Positions 9,573-18,463 of a DNA stretch of 24,840 nucleotides are shown piece by piece. The notes beneath the pieces are model-generated. The model was not told the origin of the DNA. It saw only the letters and a program-made list of their open reading frames with translations, and made no database searches. The stretch's first letter is position 1. Each line of letters opens with the position of its first letter. The stretch comes from Bacteroidota bacterium. GTDB lineage: Bacteria > Bacteroidota > Bacteroidia > Flavobacteriales > JADGDT01. The position numbers were made by a program, and so were the translations under genes. Location: the NCBI GenBank assembly GCA_039714315.1, contig JBDLJM010000031.1:1-24840 (forward strand), given 5' to 3'.

Positions 9573-10823
9573 ATGGAATTGAAACGAGTAGTAGTGACCG
9601 GAATGGGGGCATTGACTCCTATAGGTAACAATTTATCCGAGTATTGGGAAGGATTGAAAAACGGTAAAAACGGGGTTGGTCCCATTACCCACTTCGATGC
9701 TTCTAAATTCAAAACTCGTTTTGCCTGTGAGGTTAAGAACTTTGATATAACACAATTTGTAAATCGCAAAGAAGCTAGAAAAATGGATCCTTATGCCCAG
9801 TATGCTATGGTTGTAGCAGACGAGGCTGTTGCGGATTCAAAGCTTGATTTAGAAATTGTTGATAAAGATAGGGTTGGAGTAATCTGGGGATCAGGTATTG
9901 GAGGTCTAAAAACTTTCCAGGACGAAGTTACTAACTATAACAGTGGTGACGGTACTCCAAGATTCAACCCTTTCTTTATTCCAAAGATGATAGCTGATAT
10001 TGCCGGAGGGCAAATCTCTATCAAATTTGGATTCAGAGGGCCTAACTTTACAACAGTTAGTGCTTGTGCTTCTTCATCAAATGCTATTATTGACGCTTAC
10101 AACTATATTAGATTAGGAAAAGCTGATGTAATGGTATCAGGAGGATCTGAAGCCAGTGTTATCGATGCTGGTATGGCAGGTTTTAATGCTTTACATGCTC
10201 TTTCAACAAGAAATGATGATATAGACACTGCATCCCGACCTTTTGACAAAGGACGTGACGGGTTTGTATTGGGAGAAGGAGCCGGAGCTTTGATTCTGGA
10301 AGAGTACGAACATGCTGTAAAAAGAGGAGCTAATATTTATGCAGAAGTTGGCGGTGCAGGAATGTCTGCCGATGCTTATCATATGACTGCACCTCACCCC
10401 GAAGGTTTAGGGGCTTACAAAGTAATGGTAAACTGTCTAGACGACGCCGAAATGGCGACAGAAGATATTGATGTAATTAATGTACATGGTACTTCTACTC
10501 CACTGGGAGACGTTGCTGAGGTAAAAGCCATTCAAAAACTTTTTGGAGAACATGCTTATAGTATGAACATAAATTCAACTAAATCTATGACTGGTCACCT
10601 ATTAGGTGCTGCAGGTGCAGTTGAATCAATTGCTTCAATACTTACCTTAAAAGAAAATATTGTTCCTCCTACTATAAACCATTTTGAGCTTGATGAGGAT
10701 TTAGATCCTGAATTGAATTTTACTTTCAATAAAGCTCAAGAAAGAGAGGTGAACGTAATTATGAGTAATACTTTCGGCTTTGGGGGCCATAATGCAAGTA
10801 TTCTTTTTAAAAAAATAAAATAA
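9573..10823 (+). CDS. fabF: beta-ketoacyl-ACP synthase II
   Basis: 416 aa with active-site Cys context 'TTVSACASSSNAI', 'HGTSTPLGD' and 'TGHLLGAAGA' motifs, and a C-terminal 'GFGGHNASILF'. It directly follows acpP. Confidence 0.93.
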   Translation: MELKRVVVTGMGALTPIGNNLSEYWEGLKNGKNGVGPITHFDASKFKTRFACEVKNFDITQFVNRKEARKMDPYAQYAMVVADEAVADSKLDLEIVDKDRVGVIWGSGIGGLKTFQDEVTNYNSGDGTPRFNPFFIPKMIADIAGGQISIKFGFRGPNFTTVSACASSSNAIIDAYNYIRLGKADVMVSGGSEASVIDAGMAGFNALHALSTRNDDIDTASRPFDKGRDGFVLGEGAGALILEEYEHAVKRGANIYAEVGGAGMSADAYHMTAPHPEGLGAYKVMVNCLDDAEMATEDIDVINVHGTSTPLGDVAEVKAIQKLFGEHAYSMNINSTKSMTGHLLGAAGAVESIASILTLKENIVPPTINHFELDEDLDPELNFTFNKAQEREVNVIMSNTFGFGGHNASILFKKIK

Positions 10824-10932
10824 TTACGTAATTAATAAACGAACAAACAGGTTTATTTTTCTTGATTAATCAAAAATATTTTGTGCAAATAATTTGATTT
10901 GTACGGTATCAAAATAATAAAATTAATTTCAC

Positions 10933-11679
10933 ATGAAATTTATCCTGAATTGGTTTAAATCCCGTCATCCAAAAGAAGACGGGATTTTTTTTTCTGATCT
11001 TAAAGATATTTTAGGCTTTAAACCAATTAATATCGAATTGTATCATACTGCCTTTACACATAGGAGCATGGCACAGTTCGATAAACAAGGTAATCCTATT
11101 AGCTACGAAAGATTAGAATTTTTGGGCGATGCTATTCTCAGCTCTGTTATTTCTTCATATTTATACGATGAAATGCCAAATAAAAATGAAGGTTACTTAA
11201 CACAAATGAGATCCAAAATTGTAAGCCGAAAAACACTAAACGAAATTGGCAGACAAATAGGACTAAAAAAACTAATTAAAAGTAAAATTCCCGACAATCA
11301 ATTTAGTCCTACTCTTTTGGGCGACTCTTTTGAATCGCTACTTGGTGCTATTTACTCGGATTTAGGATATGAATATGCCGAAAAATTCATATACGATAAG
11401 ATGATAGAACCTTATGTGGATATCGATAATTTGGAAAATAAAATTTCGAGTTATAAGAGTTTTATTATTGAATATTGTCAAAAAGAAAAAAAGGAAGTCA
11501 ACTTCATTTTAATAGAAGACAAGTCGGAAAGTAAAAATAAACTTTTTGGTATTAAGCTTGAAATTGATGGCAAGTACATCTCAAAAGGACGGGCAACATC
11601 AAAAAAGAAAGCCGAAGAACAGGCTGCCAAACGGGCTTATTACTCTATCCAGTCAAAAATTAATAAAAAAAATAATTAA
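10933..11679 (+). CDS. rnc: ribonuclease III
   Basis: RNase III signature 'ERLEFLGDAIL' and 'FTHRS'. A C-terminal dsRBD-like region ends with 'KKKAEEQAAKRAY'. Conserved acpP-fabF-rnc order. Confidence 0.9.
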   Translation: MKFILNWFKSRHPKEDGIFFSDLKDILGFKPINIELYHTAFTHRSMAQFDKQGNPISYERLEFLGDAILSSVISSYLYDEMPNKNEGYLTQMRSKIVSRKTLNEIGRQIGLKKLIKSKIPDNQFSPTLLGDSFESLLGAIYSDLGYEYAEKFIYDKMIEPYVDIDNLENKISSYKSFIIEYCQKEKKEVNFILIEDKSESKNKLFGIKLEIDGKYISKGRATSKKKAEEQAAKRAYYSIQSKINKKNN

Positions 11680-11835
11680 TTAGGAAAAATACATGTACTT
11701 TTGCCTTATTATCACCTAATTACAATATTTTTACCCTCTTAAAAAACAGCAATATAGGTATTGTTATTAAAATAATTTTACTTAAATTTGCAACCGTTTT
11801 ACACAATAAGTGTACTAAGTACAATTAGTAACCGG

Positions 11836-12315
11836 ATGGAGTTAGAAATTGAATACGATTTTTCAATAATTGGCATCAATACAGTAGTTGATGACCATCA
11901 GCTAGCTTTTTATCTGAACAAATACTTAGAAACTAATTTTATTCGTATATCTAAGGACTTAGATGTACGAGGCAAATCTAAAGAAGAAATTAGCTATTTC
12001 CCTCTTTTTTTACACGAAGATATCCAAAATATGGATACCTGGTATTTGATTAACAACAAATATGTAGCTGAAAATAATTTTTTTGAGAAAGATAAAAGCA
12101 CATCACAAAATCTATTTTTTCAATCAAACCAACCTACTCAGATAGCAAGATATTTTCTACCTGAGAAAAAGGAGGTAAATTATCTGTTGCGATTAGAATA
12201 TAATGATAATCGCATTGATAAAATTATAAAAAAAATAAGATCGATTCCTGTGGTTACAACTGCTTTCTCTATTGAATATAATTCTTTACGTTCTAAACAG
12301 AATTTAATCTTTTAA
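11836..12315 (+). CDS. IPExxxVDY-like family hypothetical protein
   Basis: Contains 'LPEKKEVNY', which fits the I/LPExxxV(D/N)Y motif. The ORF track starts it at 11788, but a TAAATTTG -7 box at 11774-11781 makes the in-frame Met at 11836 (MELEIEY...) the more plausible start. Its stop is 2 nt before the pyk ATG. Confidence 0.5.
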   Translation: MELEIEYDFSIIGINTVVDDHQLAFYLNKYLETNFIRISKDLDVRGKSKEEISYFPLFLHEDIQNMDTWYLINNKYVAENNFFEKDKSTSQNLFFQSNQPTQIARYFLPEKKEVNYLLRLEYNDNRIDKIIKKIRSIPVVTTAFSIEYNSLRSKQNLIF

Positions 12316-12317
12316 TT

Positions 12318-13742
12318 ATGCACAATTTAAAGAAAACCAAAATCGTTGCAACACTTGGACCAGCAACTGACAGCAAAGAAACTTTGCTTGGTATGATGAG
12401 AGCTGGTGTAAATGTTTTTCGTATCAATTTCTCTCATGCTGACTACGATGAAGTAAAATTCAGAGTAAATATGATCCGTGAACTAAACAAAGAATACGGA
12501 TTTACAACTGCCCTGTTAGGTGATTTACAGGGGCCAAAACTTAGAGTAGGAGTAATTGAAGAAGGTGCTGTAGTTGAACCGGGTGACATCGTTACTTTTA
12601 CTAATAAAGAATGTGTTGGAAACGCATCTCTGGCATACATGACTTACCAAAGATTTCCAAAAGATGTAAAAGTAGGTGAAAAAATCTTACTTGACGACGG
12701 TAAACTGATGATGGAAATCGTTGAAACTGATGAAGAAAGTGAAGTTAAAGCAAAAGTAATTCAAGGTGGACCATTTAAATCTAAAAAGGGTGTAAACCTT
12801 CCTAATACAGATGTTTCTTTACCCGCTTTAACAGAGAAAGACATCCAAGATGCAATCTTCGCAATGGAAATTGAAGTTGACTGGTTTGCTTTATCATTTG
12901 TAAGAAATCCTCAGGATTTATTAGATCTTCAAGCGCTGATTAAAAAACACTCTGATCACAAAATTCCAATTATTGCAAAAATAGAAAAGCCTGAAGCAGT
13001 TAGGGATATCGACAGAATTATTCCTTACACTGACGGTTTGATGGTAGCTCGTGGTGATTTAGGAGTAGAAATCCCTGCTGAGGAAGTTCCTTTAATTCAG
13101 AAAGAATTGGTACGTAAAGCTAAAGTTGCACGTAAACCTGTAATTATTGCTACTCAGATGATGGAGACTATGATAGATTCTATGACTCCAACACGTGCTG
13201 AAGTTAATGATGTTGCGAACTCTGTTCTTGATGGCGCCGATGCAGTAATGTTATCCGGAGAAACTTCTGTTGGAAAATATCCTGTTCAGGTAATAGAGCA
13301 AATGTCACGTATCATACAAAAGGTTGAATCTTGTAGTATAATTAATATCCCTGAGCACAAACCTGTTATTAGAGATGATCGTTATATTACAAACTCTGTT
13401 TGTTATAACGCTGCCCAAATGGCTCCGCAAATTGAAGCCAAGGCAATTACAACAATGACAAATTCAGGTTATACTGCCTTTCAAATTTCGTCACACAGAC
13501 CAAATGCACATATCCTGACGTTTACGAATAACAAACGCATCATGACTATGTTGAACCTGCTTTGGGGAGTTCAGGCATTTTATTACAATAATTTTGTGAG
13601 TACTGATGAAACTGTTATTGAAATAAATGCAATTGCAAAAGAAAAAGGATACGTAACAAAAGGCGACATGTCCATCAACTTAACTTCTATGCCTATTCAG
13701 GAGAAAGGTATGGTTAATACAATGAGAGTATCTTCAATATAA
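12318..13742 (+). CDS. pyk: pyruvate kinase
   Basis: 474 aa. 'KIVATLGPATDS', 'FRINFSHA', 'MVARGDLGVEIP' and 'IIATQMMETM' are canonical PK motifs. Confidence 0.93.
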   Translation: MHNLKKTKIVATLGPATDSKETLLGMMRAGVNVFRINFSHADYDEVKFRVNMIRELNKEYGFTTALLGDLQGPKLRVGVIEEGAVVEPGDIVTFTNKECVGNASLAYMTYQRFPKDVKVGEKILLDDGKLMMEIVETDEESEVKAKVIQGGPFKSKKGVNLPNTDVSLPALTEKDIQDAIFAMEIEVDWFALSFVRNPQDLLDLQALIKKHSDHKIPIIAKIEKPEAVRDIDRIIPYTDGLMVARGDLGVEIPAEEVPLIQKELVRKAKVARKPVIIATQMMETMIDSMTPTRAEVNDVANSVLDGADAVMLSGETSVGKYPVQVIEQMSRIIQKVESCSIINIPEHKPVIRDDRYITNSVCYNAAQMAPQIEAKAITTMTNSGYTAFQISSHRPNAHILTFTNNKRIMTMLNLLWGVQAFYYNNFVSTDETVIEINAIAKEKGYVTKGDMSINLTSMPIQEKGMVNTMRVSSI

Positions 13743-13763
13743 TAATATCTGATTTTCAGGTAT

Positions 13764-13796
13764 AAAAAAAGAGAGGCCTTTAGCCTCTCTTTTTTG
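13764..13796. terminator. bidirectional rho-independent terminator (pyk vs. fnr-like gene)
   Basis: Stem AGAGAGGC (13770-13777) pairs with GCCTCTCT (13783-13790) around the loop CTTTA. An A-run precedes it and TTTTTTG follows. Confidence 0.8.
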
Positions 13797-13850
13797 TTTG
13801 CTATAATTGTACTAGTTCTCTTATACTATAAATAAAGTAACACCTGAATG

Positions 13851-14570
13851 CTATCCGAAATTTGAAATTTGCTTTAATTTATCATAATCAAGAATTTCAA
13901 ACTGCTTCCCATCAGATTCAACTATTCCTTCCATTTTAAATTCCTTTAATATTCTCGATAAACTCTCAACCGATAAAGTTGCCATTTCGGCCAATTCTTT
14001 TCTGGTAAAAGGCAATTCAAACTGTGCACTGGAAAACAATCTCTCAACCATACATAGCAAAATATCAGCAACCCTTGCATGAGCCTGTTTTTGTGTGAGA
14101 GTAATTATACGGCTATAAAGATTTTTAGATCTGATATTTACCGACTTCAGTAATTTGGCAGCAAAAGATGCATTTACTGATATGGCTCTCTTTAACCCGT
14201 CAATTTCCAATAAACAGACAGTAACATCTGAAACTGCCGAAACACTATATTGGAAATACTTGTCATTATACATAGATTCAAGACCTACAAAACCACCTCT
14301 CTCAATACACAAAACCTGTCTTCGGTCTTTGTGTTCAAGAAAAATTTTCACCATTCCTTTCTTTACAAATAACACATGTGGCGCAATTGTACCCTGCTTA
14401 ATTAAAGTCTCCCCCTTTGCGTAGTGCATTTCCATATGCTCTACGGACTTAGCATGTTCTTCTCCTATTACATCACCGAGCATACAACTATCATTATGCA
14501 TGCAGTCGAAACAAGGCGAGTCAATAGAAAGGTTTAGTTTACTGTCTTTGTTCTGTATCATATGTTGCAA
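13851..14570 (-). CDS. Crp/Fnr-family transcriptional regulator, FNR-like with predicted [4Fe-4S] Cys ligands
   Basis: 239 aa with a cNMP-binding-like beta-roll plus a C-terminal HTH ('TRKELAEMATLSVESLSRILKEF'). N-terminal Cys20-x2-Cys23-x5-Cys29 plus a central Cys119 in 'VTVCLLEID' mirror E. coli FNR (C20, C23, C29, C122 in 'SMVCEIPFE'). Confidence 0.75.
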   Translation of the reverse strand: MQHMIQNKDSKLNLSIDSPCFDCMHNDSCMLGDVIGEEHAKSVEHMEMHYAKGETLIKQGTIAPHVLFVKKGMVKIFLEHKDRRQVLCIERGGFVGLESMYNDKYFQYSVSAVSDVTVCLLEIDGLKRAISVNASFAAKLLKSVNIRSKNLYSRIITLTQKQAHARVADILLCMVERLFSSAQFELPFTRKELAEMATLSVESLSRILKEFKMEGIVESDGKQFEILDYDKLKQISNFG

Positions 14571-14576
14571 AAATAC

Positions 14577-14611
14577 AACTAAATCAAGTTTAGAATCAAA
14601 CTAAATCAAGT
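14577..14611. promoter_or_regulatory. direct repeat AACTAAATCAAGT x2 (22-bp period) carrying three phased ATCAA/TTGAT half-sites
   Basis: Exact 13-bp copies at 14577-14589 and 14599-14611. ATCAA pentamers sit at 14583, 14595 and 14605, about one helical turn apart, 7-40 bp upstream of the fnr-like start codon on its sense strand. Confidence 0.4.
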
Positions 14612-14770
14612 GATTTATTTCATATTAAACAAATTATATTGAGCTACTTGAAGCTCATTTTCTAAGAATATTTTGTATTGGCATATACATTTGTTGTAGT
14701 CAATTAAAGGAAATTTTTTGACGGAGAGTAACCAATCGTAAATAATGTTAATTCAAATAAGTTGTAATAG

Positions 14771-15337
14771 ATGATAAATCATTTCACTAGACTTATTATG
14801 CCGATAGTTTTTTTACTCGGTATAATGAGTTGCGAAACCCCGGAAACGAAAAATACAAAATCAGTCTCATCTGATAAAATTTTCGAAGATTGTACCGAAA
14901 TGGTAGAATATACCAAGGAGTACATTACTGAGGTTTCTACAAAAGACCTCCAATCAATAATGAATGGAGATGAAGAGTATTACCTGGTCGATGTTAGAAC
15001 GGGTAAAGAAAATGCAAAATCCTACATTCCGGGATCTGTATCAATTCCACGAGGCGTATTAGAATTCAGAATTGCAAACGAGGACGTTTGGGATGATGAA
15101 GGTATTTATATGCCTGAAAAAACTTCGAATATAATTATCTACTGCAAAAAAGGCGGTAGAGGAGCATTAGCCGCTCAATCGCTACAACAATTAGGTTACT
15201 CAAATGTAGTGAGCTTAAAAGGAGGTTTTGTACAGTGGAAAAAAGACTTTCCAAAAGAAATTTATGAAAATGTTATCCCAACTTCATCAGGAGCTGCTCC
15301 TGCAGTAGCAGCTGAAGAAGACTCAGGAGGATGCTAA
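14771..15337 (+). CDS. rhodanese-domain lipoprotein (sulfurtransferase) with a C-terminal Cys-terminated flexible tail
   Basis: 188 aa. Lipoprotein signal '...FLLGIMSC'. Single rhodanese domain with active-site loop 'IIYCKKGGRG'. The tail 'PTSSGAAPAVAAEEDSGGC' ends with a Cys as the last residue. Confidence 0.7.
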   Translation: MINHFTRLIMPIVFLLGIMSCETPETKNTKSVSSDKIFEDCTEMVEYTKEYITEVSTKDLQSIMNGDEEYYLVDVRTGKENAKSYIPGSVSIPRGVLEFRIANEDVWDDEGIYMPEKTSNIIIYCKKGGRGALAAQSLQQLGYSNVVSLKGGFVQWKKDFPKEIYENVIPTSSGAAPAVAAEEDSGGC

Positions 15338-15464
15338 CATGTATGATATTGAATTTATGATATAAATATTGGTTACTGATTAATTCATAAATCACGCATA
15401 AACATTTACAATTAAGAATTTAACAATTCAAGTTTAATATTACCAATCACAAATAATAGAAATT

Positions 15465-16427
15465 ATGAAAAAAATAATTTATTTATTAGCCCTTTCCTTA
15501 ATCGTATTTACAGGATGTAAAAAAGAGGAAGTAGCACCTCCAGTTGAAGGTGATTCGTTTGAAACACTAACTACTTATTTAGTAAGTAATGACTTAGACA
15601 TTCCCGATGTTATTAACGGATGGATTGTTGCACCACCTGCATCAGAAGATGCAAGTACATTCATTGGTACTTATGATATTCTTGATATCAGAAGCGCAGA
15701 ACATTTTGCTGAAGGACATATTGAAGGAGCAACAAACACAACTTTAGGAAATATTTTATCAGCGGCACAATCTGCTTCAAAACCAATTTTGGTAGTGTGC
15801 TATACCGGACAATCAGCATCGCATGCAGTAGTTGCTCTTAAACTTAGCGGACATACTAGTGCAAAAGTTCTAAAATGGGGTATGAGTGGCTGGAATTCTA
15901 ATTTCTCAGGTCCTTGGGCCGGAGCTATTGGGAACAGTGCTGATGACCACTCAGGAAACTGGATAGCTGCACCGGGATCAATAACTACTACAGGTAGCTT
16001 TGATTCTCCAAGCTTTACAACAAATGCTACAGATGGAGCAGGTATACTTAAGGAACAGGTAGACAAAATGTTATCAGGAGGATTTAAAGGAATAACAAAT
16101 AATGATGTTCTATCTAATCCTGCAAATTATTTCACAAATAATTATTGGTCAAATGATGACGTATCACATTACGGACACATAACAGGCGCCTACAGACTTA
16201 ATCCTCTAACTTTAGAAAATAATGAAATAAAAGGTCTTGACCCTACTAAAACTATCGTCACATACTGCTGGACAGGTCAAACTTCGTCTATGGTTACGGC
16301 TTATTTGAATGTGATTGGTTACAATGCAGTGAGTTTAAAATTTGGGACTAACGGAATGATCTATGATTCTCTTGAAAGTCACAAGTTTGTAACACCTACG
16401 ACAGACCTTCCTGTAGTAACCGAATAG
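15465..16427 (+). CDS. tandem rhodanese-domain lipoprotein
   Basis: 320 aa. Lipobox 'IVFTGC'. Two rhodanese-like modules with candidate catalytic Cys loops 'VVCYTGQSAS' and 'VTYCWTGQTSS'. Confidence 0.6.
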   Translation: MKKIIYLLALSLIVFTGCKKEEVAPPVEGDSFETLTTYLVSNDLDIPDVINGWIVAPPASEDASTFIGTYDILDIRSAEHFAEGHIEGATNTTLGNILSAAQSASKPILVVCYTGQSASHAVVALKLSGHTSAKVLKWGMSGWNSNFSGPWAGAIGNSADDHSGNWIAAPGSITTTGSFDSPSFTTNATDGAGILKEQVDKMLSGGFKGITNNDVLSNPANYFTNNYWSNDDVSHYGHITGAYRLNPLTLENNEIKGLDPTKTIVTYCWTGQTSSMVTAYLNVIGYNAVSLKFGTNGMIYDSLESHKFVTPTTDLPVVTE

Positions 16428-16434
16428 TTTTAGC

Positions 16435-16465
16435 GGCATCACACTTCGGTGTGATGCCTTTTTTT
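16435..16465 (+). terminator. strong intrinsic terminator inside the sulfur locus
   Basis: A 10-bp GC-containing stem GGCATCACAC / GTGTGATGCC with a TTCG tetraloop, followed by 7 T (16459-16465). Confidence 0.8.
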
Positions 16466-16489
16466 ACCGAAATATAAAATTATTAACTG

Positions 16490-17521
16490 ATGAAACGATT
16501 AATACTGATAATACTAATAGGTTTTACACCCATCCTTGGATTTTCTCAGGGATGTGAAGAACCTTCAGAAGACGGGGGAATAAAACTCTTTGGGTATATT
16601 CAACCTCAATTCGATTATAATGTTGACGAAGGAAACACCAACTCTTTTAATTTTAACAGAGCACGTTTAGGAGTTACAGGAGTTATACCTTACGATTTTT
16701 CATACTATGCAGTATTGGAGATGAGCCCTTCATTTAACGATGCAAGAACTCCATTCTTGCTCGATGCTTATGTGAGTTACAATAGGTTCAACTGGGCTAA
16801 AATGGCTTTAGGTCAGTTTAAATCTCCTTTTAGTCAGGAACTGCAAACAGCTTGTCATAAGCTTACTACCATAAACAGATCTAAATCAGTCTTAGAACTG
16901 GCTTCTCCACTCAGAGATATGGGATTCATGATATCAGGAGGTAATGATACTACGATTGTTAAGTATCAGTTAGCAGTAATGAATGGTACAGGCTTAAACA
17001 CTCTTGATGATAATACCGGGAAAGATTTCGTGGGCAGAGTTGTTATACAGCCTTTGGATTTTTTACAAATAGGAGGAAGTTACAGATATGGAACCGGAGC
17101 ACCACAGGAAGCAGATTTACCTGATGACACACACATGAGATATGGGTTCGAAACGCAAATAAAATTTGGAGCTTTCCTTTTACAGGGTGAATATATCTAC
17201 GGAAAAGACGAAGGATCTTACACCGAAGGTGGTGGCTGTGGAGGTGAAGTAACAGTACTACAGGGAGACAAGGAAAGAAGAGGATTCTATGGAATGGCTT
17301 CCTATATGTTCGATTTCGGACTACAACCTGTTGGGAAATTCGAAATGTATGACAACGACATATCTGTTGATGATAAAGCAGAATATATAACAACTTTAGG
17401 TTTAAACTATTTCTTCAACGACTGGACAAGATTACAAATTAACTATTGTTTAATTCAGGAAAGTGCAATAGAACAAATAGATAATGACAGATTAGCAATA
17501 CAAATGCAAATCAAATTCTAG
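16490..17521 (+). CDS. outer-membrane porin (phosphate-selective porin O/P-like beta-barrel)
   Basis: 343 aa. Signal peptide MKRLILIILIGFTPILGFSQG. Amphipathic beta-strand pattern throughout. C-terminal '...QMQIKF' with a terminal Phe is typical of OM beta-barrels. Confidence 0.6.
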   Translation: MKRLILIILIGFTPILGFSQGCEEPSEDGGIKLFGYIQPQFDYNVDEGNTNSFNFNRARLGVTGVIPYDFSYYAVLEMSPSFNDARTPFLLDAYVSYNRFNWAKMALGQFKSPFSQELQTACHKLTTINRSKSVLELASPLRDMGFMISGGNDTTIVKYQLAVMNGTGLNTLDDNTGKDFVGRVVIQPLDFLQIGGSYRYGTGAPQEADLPDDTHMRYGFETQIKFGAFLLQGEYIYGKDEGSYTEGGGCGGEVTVLQGDKERRGFYGMASYMFDFGLQPVGKFEMYDNDISVDDKAEYITTLGLNYFFNDWTRLQINYCLIQESAIEQIDNDRLAIQMQIKF

Positions 17522-17526
17522 TAAAG

Positions 17527-17544
17527 ACGATGCGCGCATCGTCA
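17527..17544. other. perfect 18-nt GC-rich palindrome GACGATGCGCGCATCGTC, 6 nt after the porin stop, with no T-tract
   Basis: It is fully self-complementary and GC-rich in an AT-rich intergenic region. It is followed by ACACAGCAACATAAAAAAAT, not a U-run, so it is not a canonical terminator. It could be a processing or stability hairpin or a dimeric protein-binding site. Confidence 0.4.
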
Positions 17545-17571
17545 CACAGCAACATAAAAAAATATTGACAA

Positions 17572-18438
17572 ATGAAAACATATAAATATTTATCAACACT
17601 AATTATTGCCTTCTTAATTTCGAGTTTGGCAATAGGACAGGATCTTATCTCTGCTAAAGAATTAGCAGGTAAAATGAACGATGACAATGTAGTTGTTATC
17701 GACACACGTAAAACCAAAGATTACAATAAAACACATATAAAAGGAGCTATACATCTTTATCAGGGAGAATTAAACAATGACACTCCTGTAAAAGGAACAT
17801 TGAAAAAGCCTTCAGAGTTAGCTGCTATATTTGGGAAAAAAGGTATTTCCGAAAAAAACGAAATAGTGCTTTATTGCAACAAAGGTACAAATGCCGGTAG
17901 AGTTTATTGGGTATTAAAGTACATGGGTGCTCAAAACGTTAAGATATTAGACGGTCAGATGAAAGCGTGGAAAGCCGGAAGAAAACCTATTACAAAAACA
18001 GCTTCAACACGAAAGGCTACAACTTTTAACAAAACTCTACACAAAGAGTATTTAGCACGTATGAGCGATGTTAAAAAATCAATCAACAATGCAAGCATCG
18101 TCTTAATTGATGCACGTGATCTGGAAGAGTACAACGGAACAAAAGAAGACGATAAAGACAATTTGAGAAAAGGTCATATTCCGGGAGCTATAAGCATTCC
18201 TAAATCTAATTTGGTCGATTCGAAAAGTAAACTTAAAAGCAAAGACGCTTTGGCATCTATTTTTAATGATGCGGGTGTTACAGCTGATAAAAATGTGATC
18301 ATTTACTGTAAATCAAGCTCAAGAGCCGGATTGGAATTTATGGCTCTTACATCTGTACTTGGATATAAAAATGTAAAAGTTTACGATGGTGCATTTTACG
18401 AGTGGGAATCTATTGCAGCTAACGAAGTTGTGAAGTAA
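17572..18438 (+). CDS. periplasmic two-domain rhodanese (thiosulfate/polysulfide sulfurtransferase-like)
   Basis: 288 aa. Signal peptide MKTYKYLSTLIIAFLISSLAIGQD. N-domain 'IVLYCNKGTNAGRV'. C-domain 'IIYCKSSSRAGLEF' with a CxxxxR(A/G) active-site loop and 'YDGAFYEW'. Confidence 0.7.
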   Translation: MKTYKYLSTLIIAFLISSLAIGQDLISAKELAGKMNDDNVVVIDTRKTKDYNKTHIKGAIHLYQGELNNDTPVKGTLKKPSELAAIFGKKGISEKNEIVLYCNKGTNAGRVYWVLKYMGAQNVKILDGQMKAWKAGRKPITKTASTRKATTFNKTLHKEYLARMSDVKKSINNASIVLIDARDLEEYNGTKEDDKDNLRKGHIPGAISIPKSNLVDSKSKLKSKDALASIFNDAGVTADKNVIIYCKSSSRAGLEFMALTSVLGYKNVKVYDGAFYEWESIAANEVVK

Positions 18439-18463
18439 TTGATCTTTTTACCTCATTCCGACT

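Noticed and set aside
10821-10873. Perfect palindromes TAATTACGTAATTA (10821-10834) and TTGATTAATCAA (10862-10873) between fabF and rnc
   Set aside because: Short, pure-AT palindromes are expected by chance a few times per 25 kb at this base composition. The second has FNR-like half-sites but the wrong spacing (N2, not N4). There is no accompanying terminator or promoter context.
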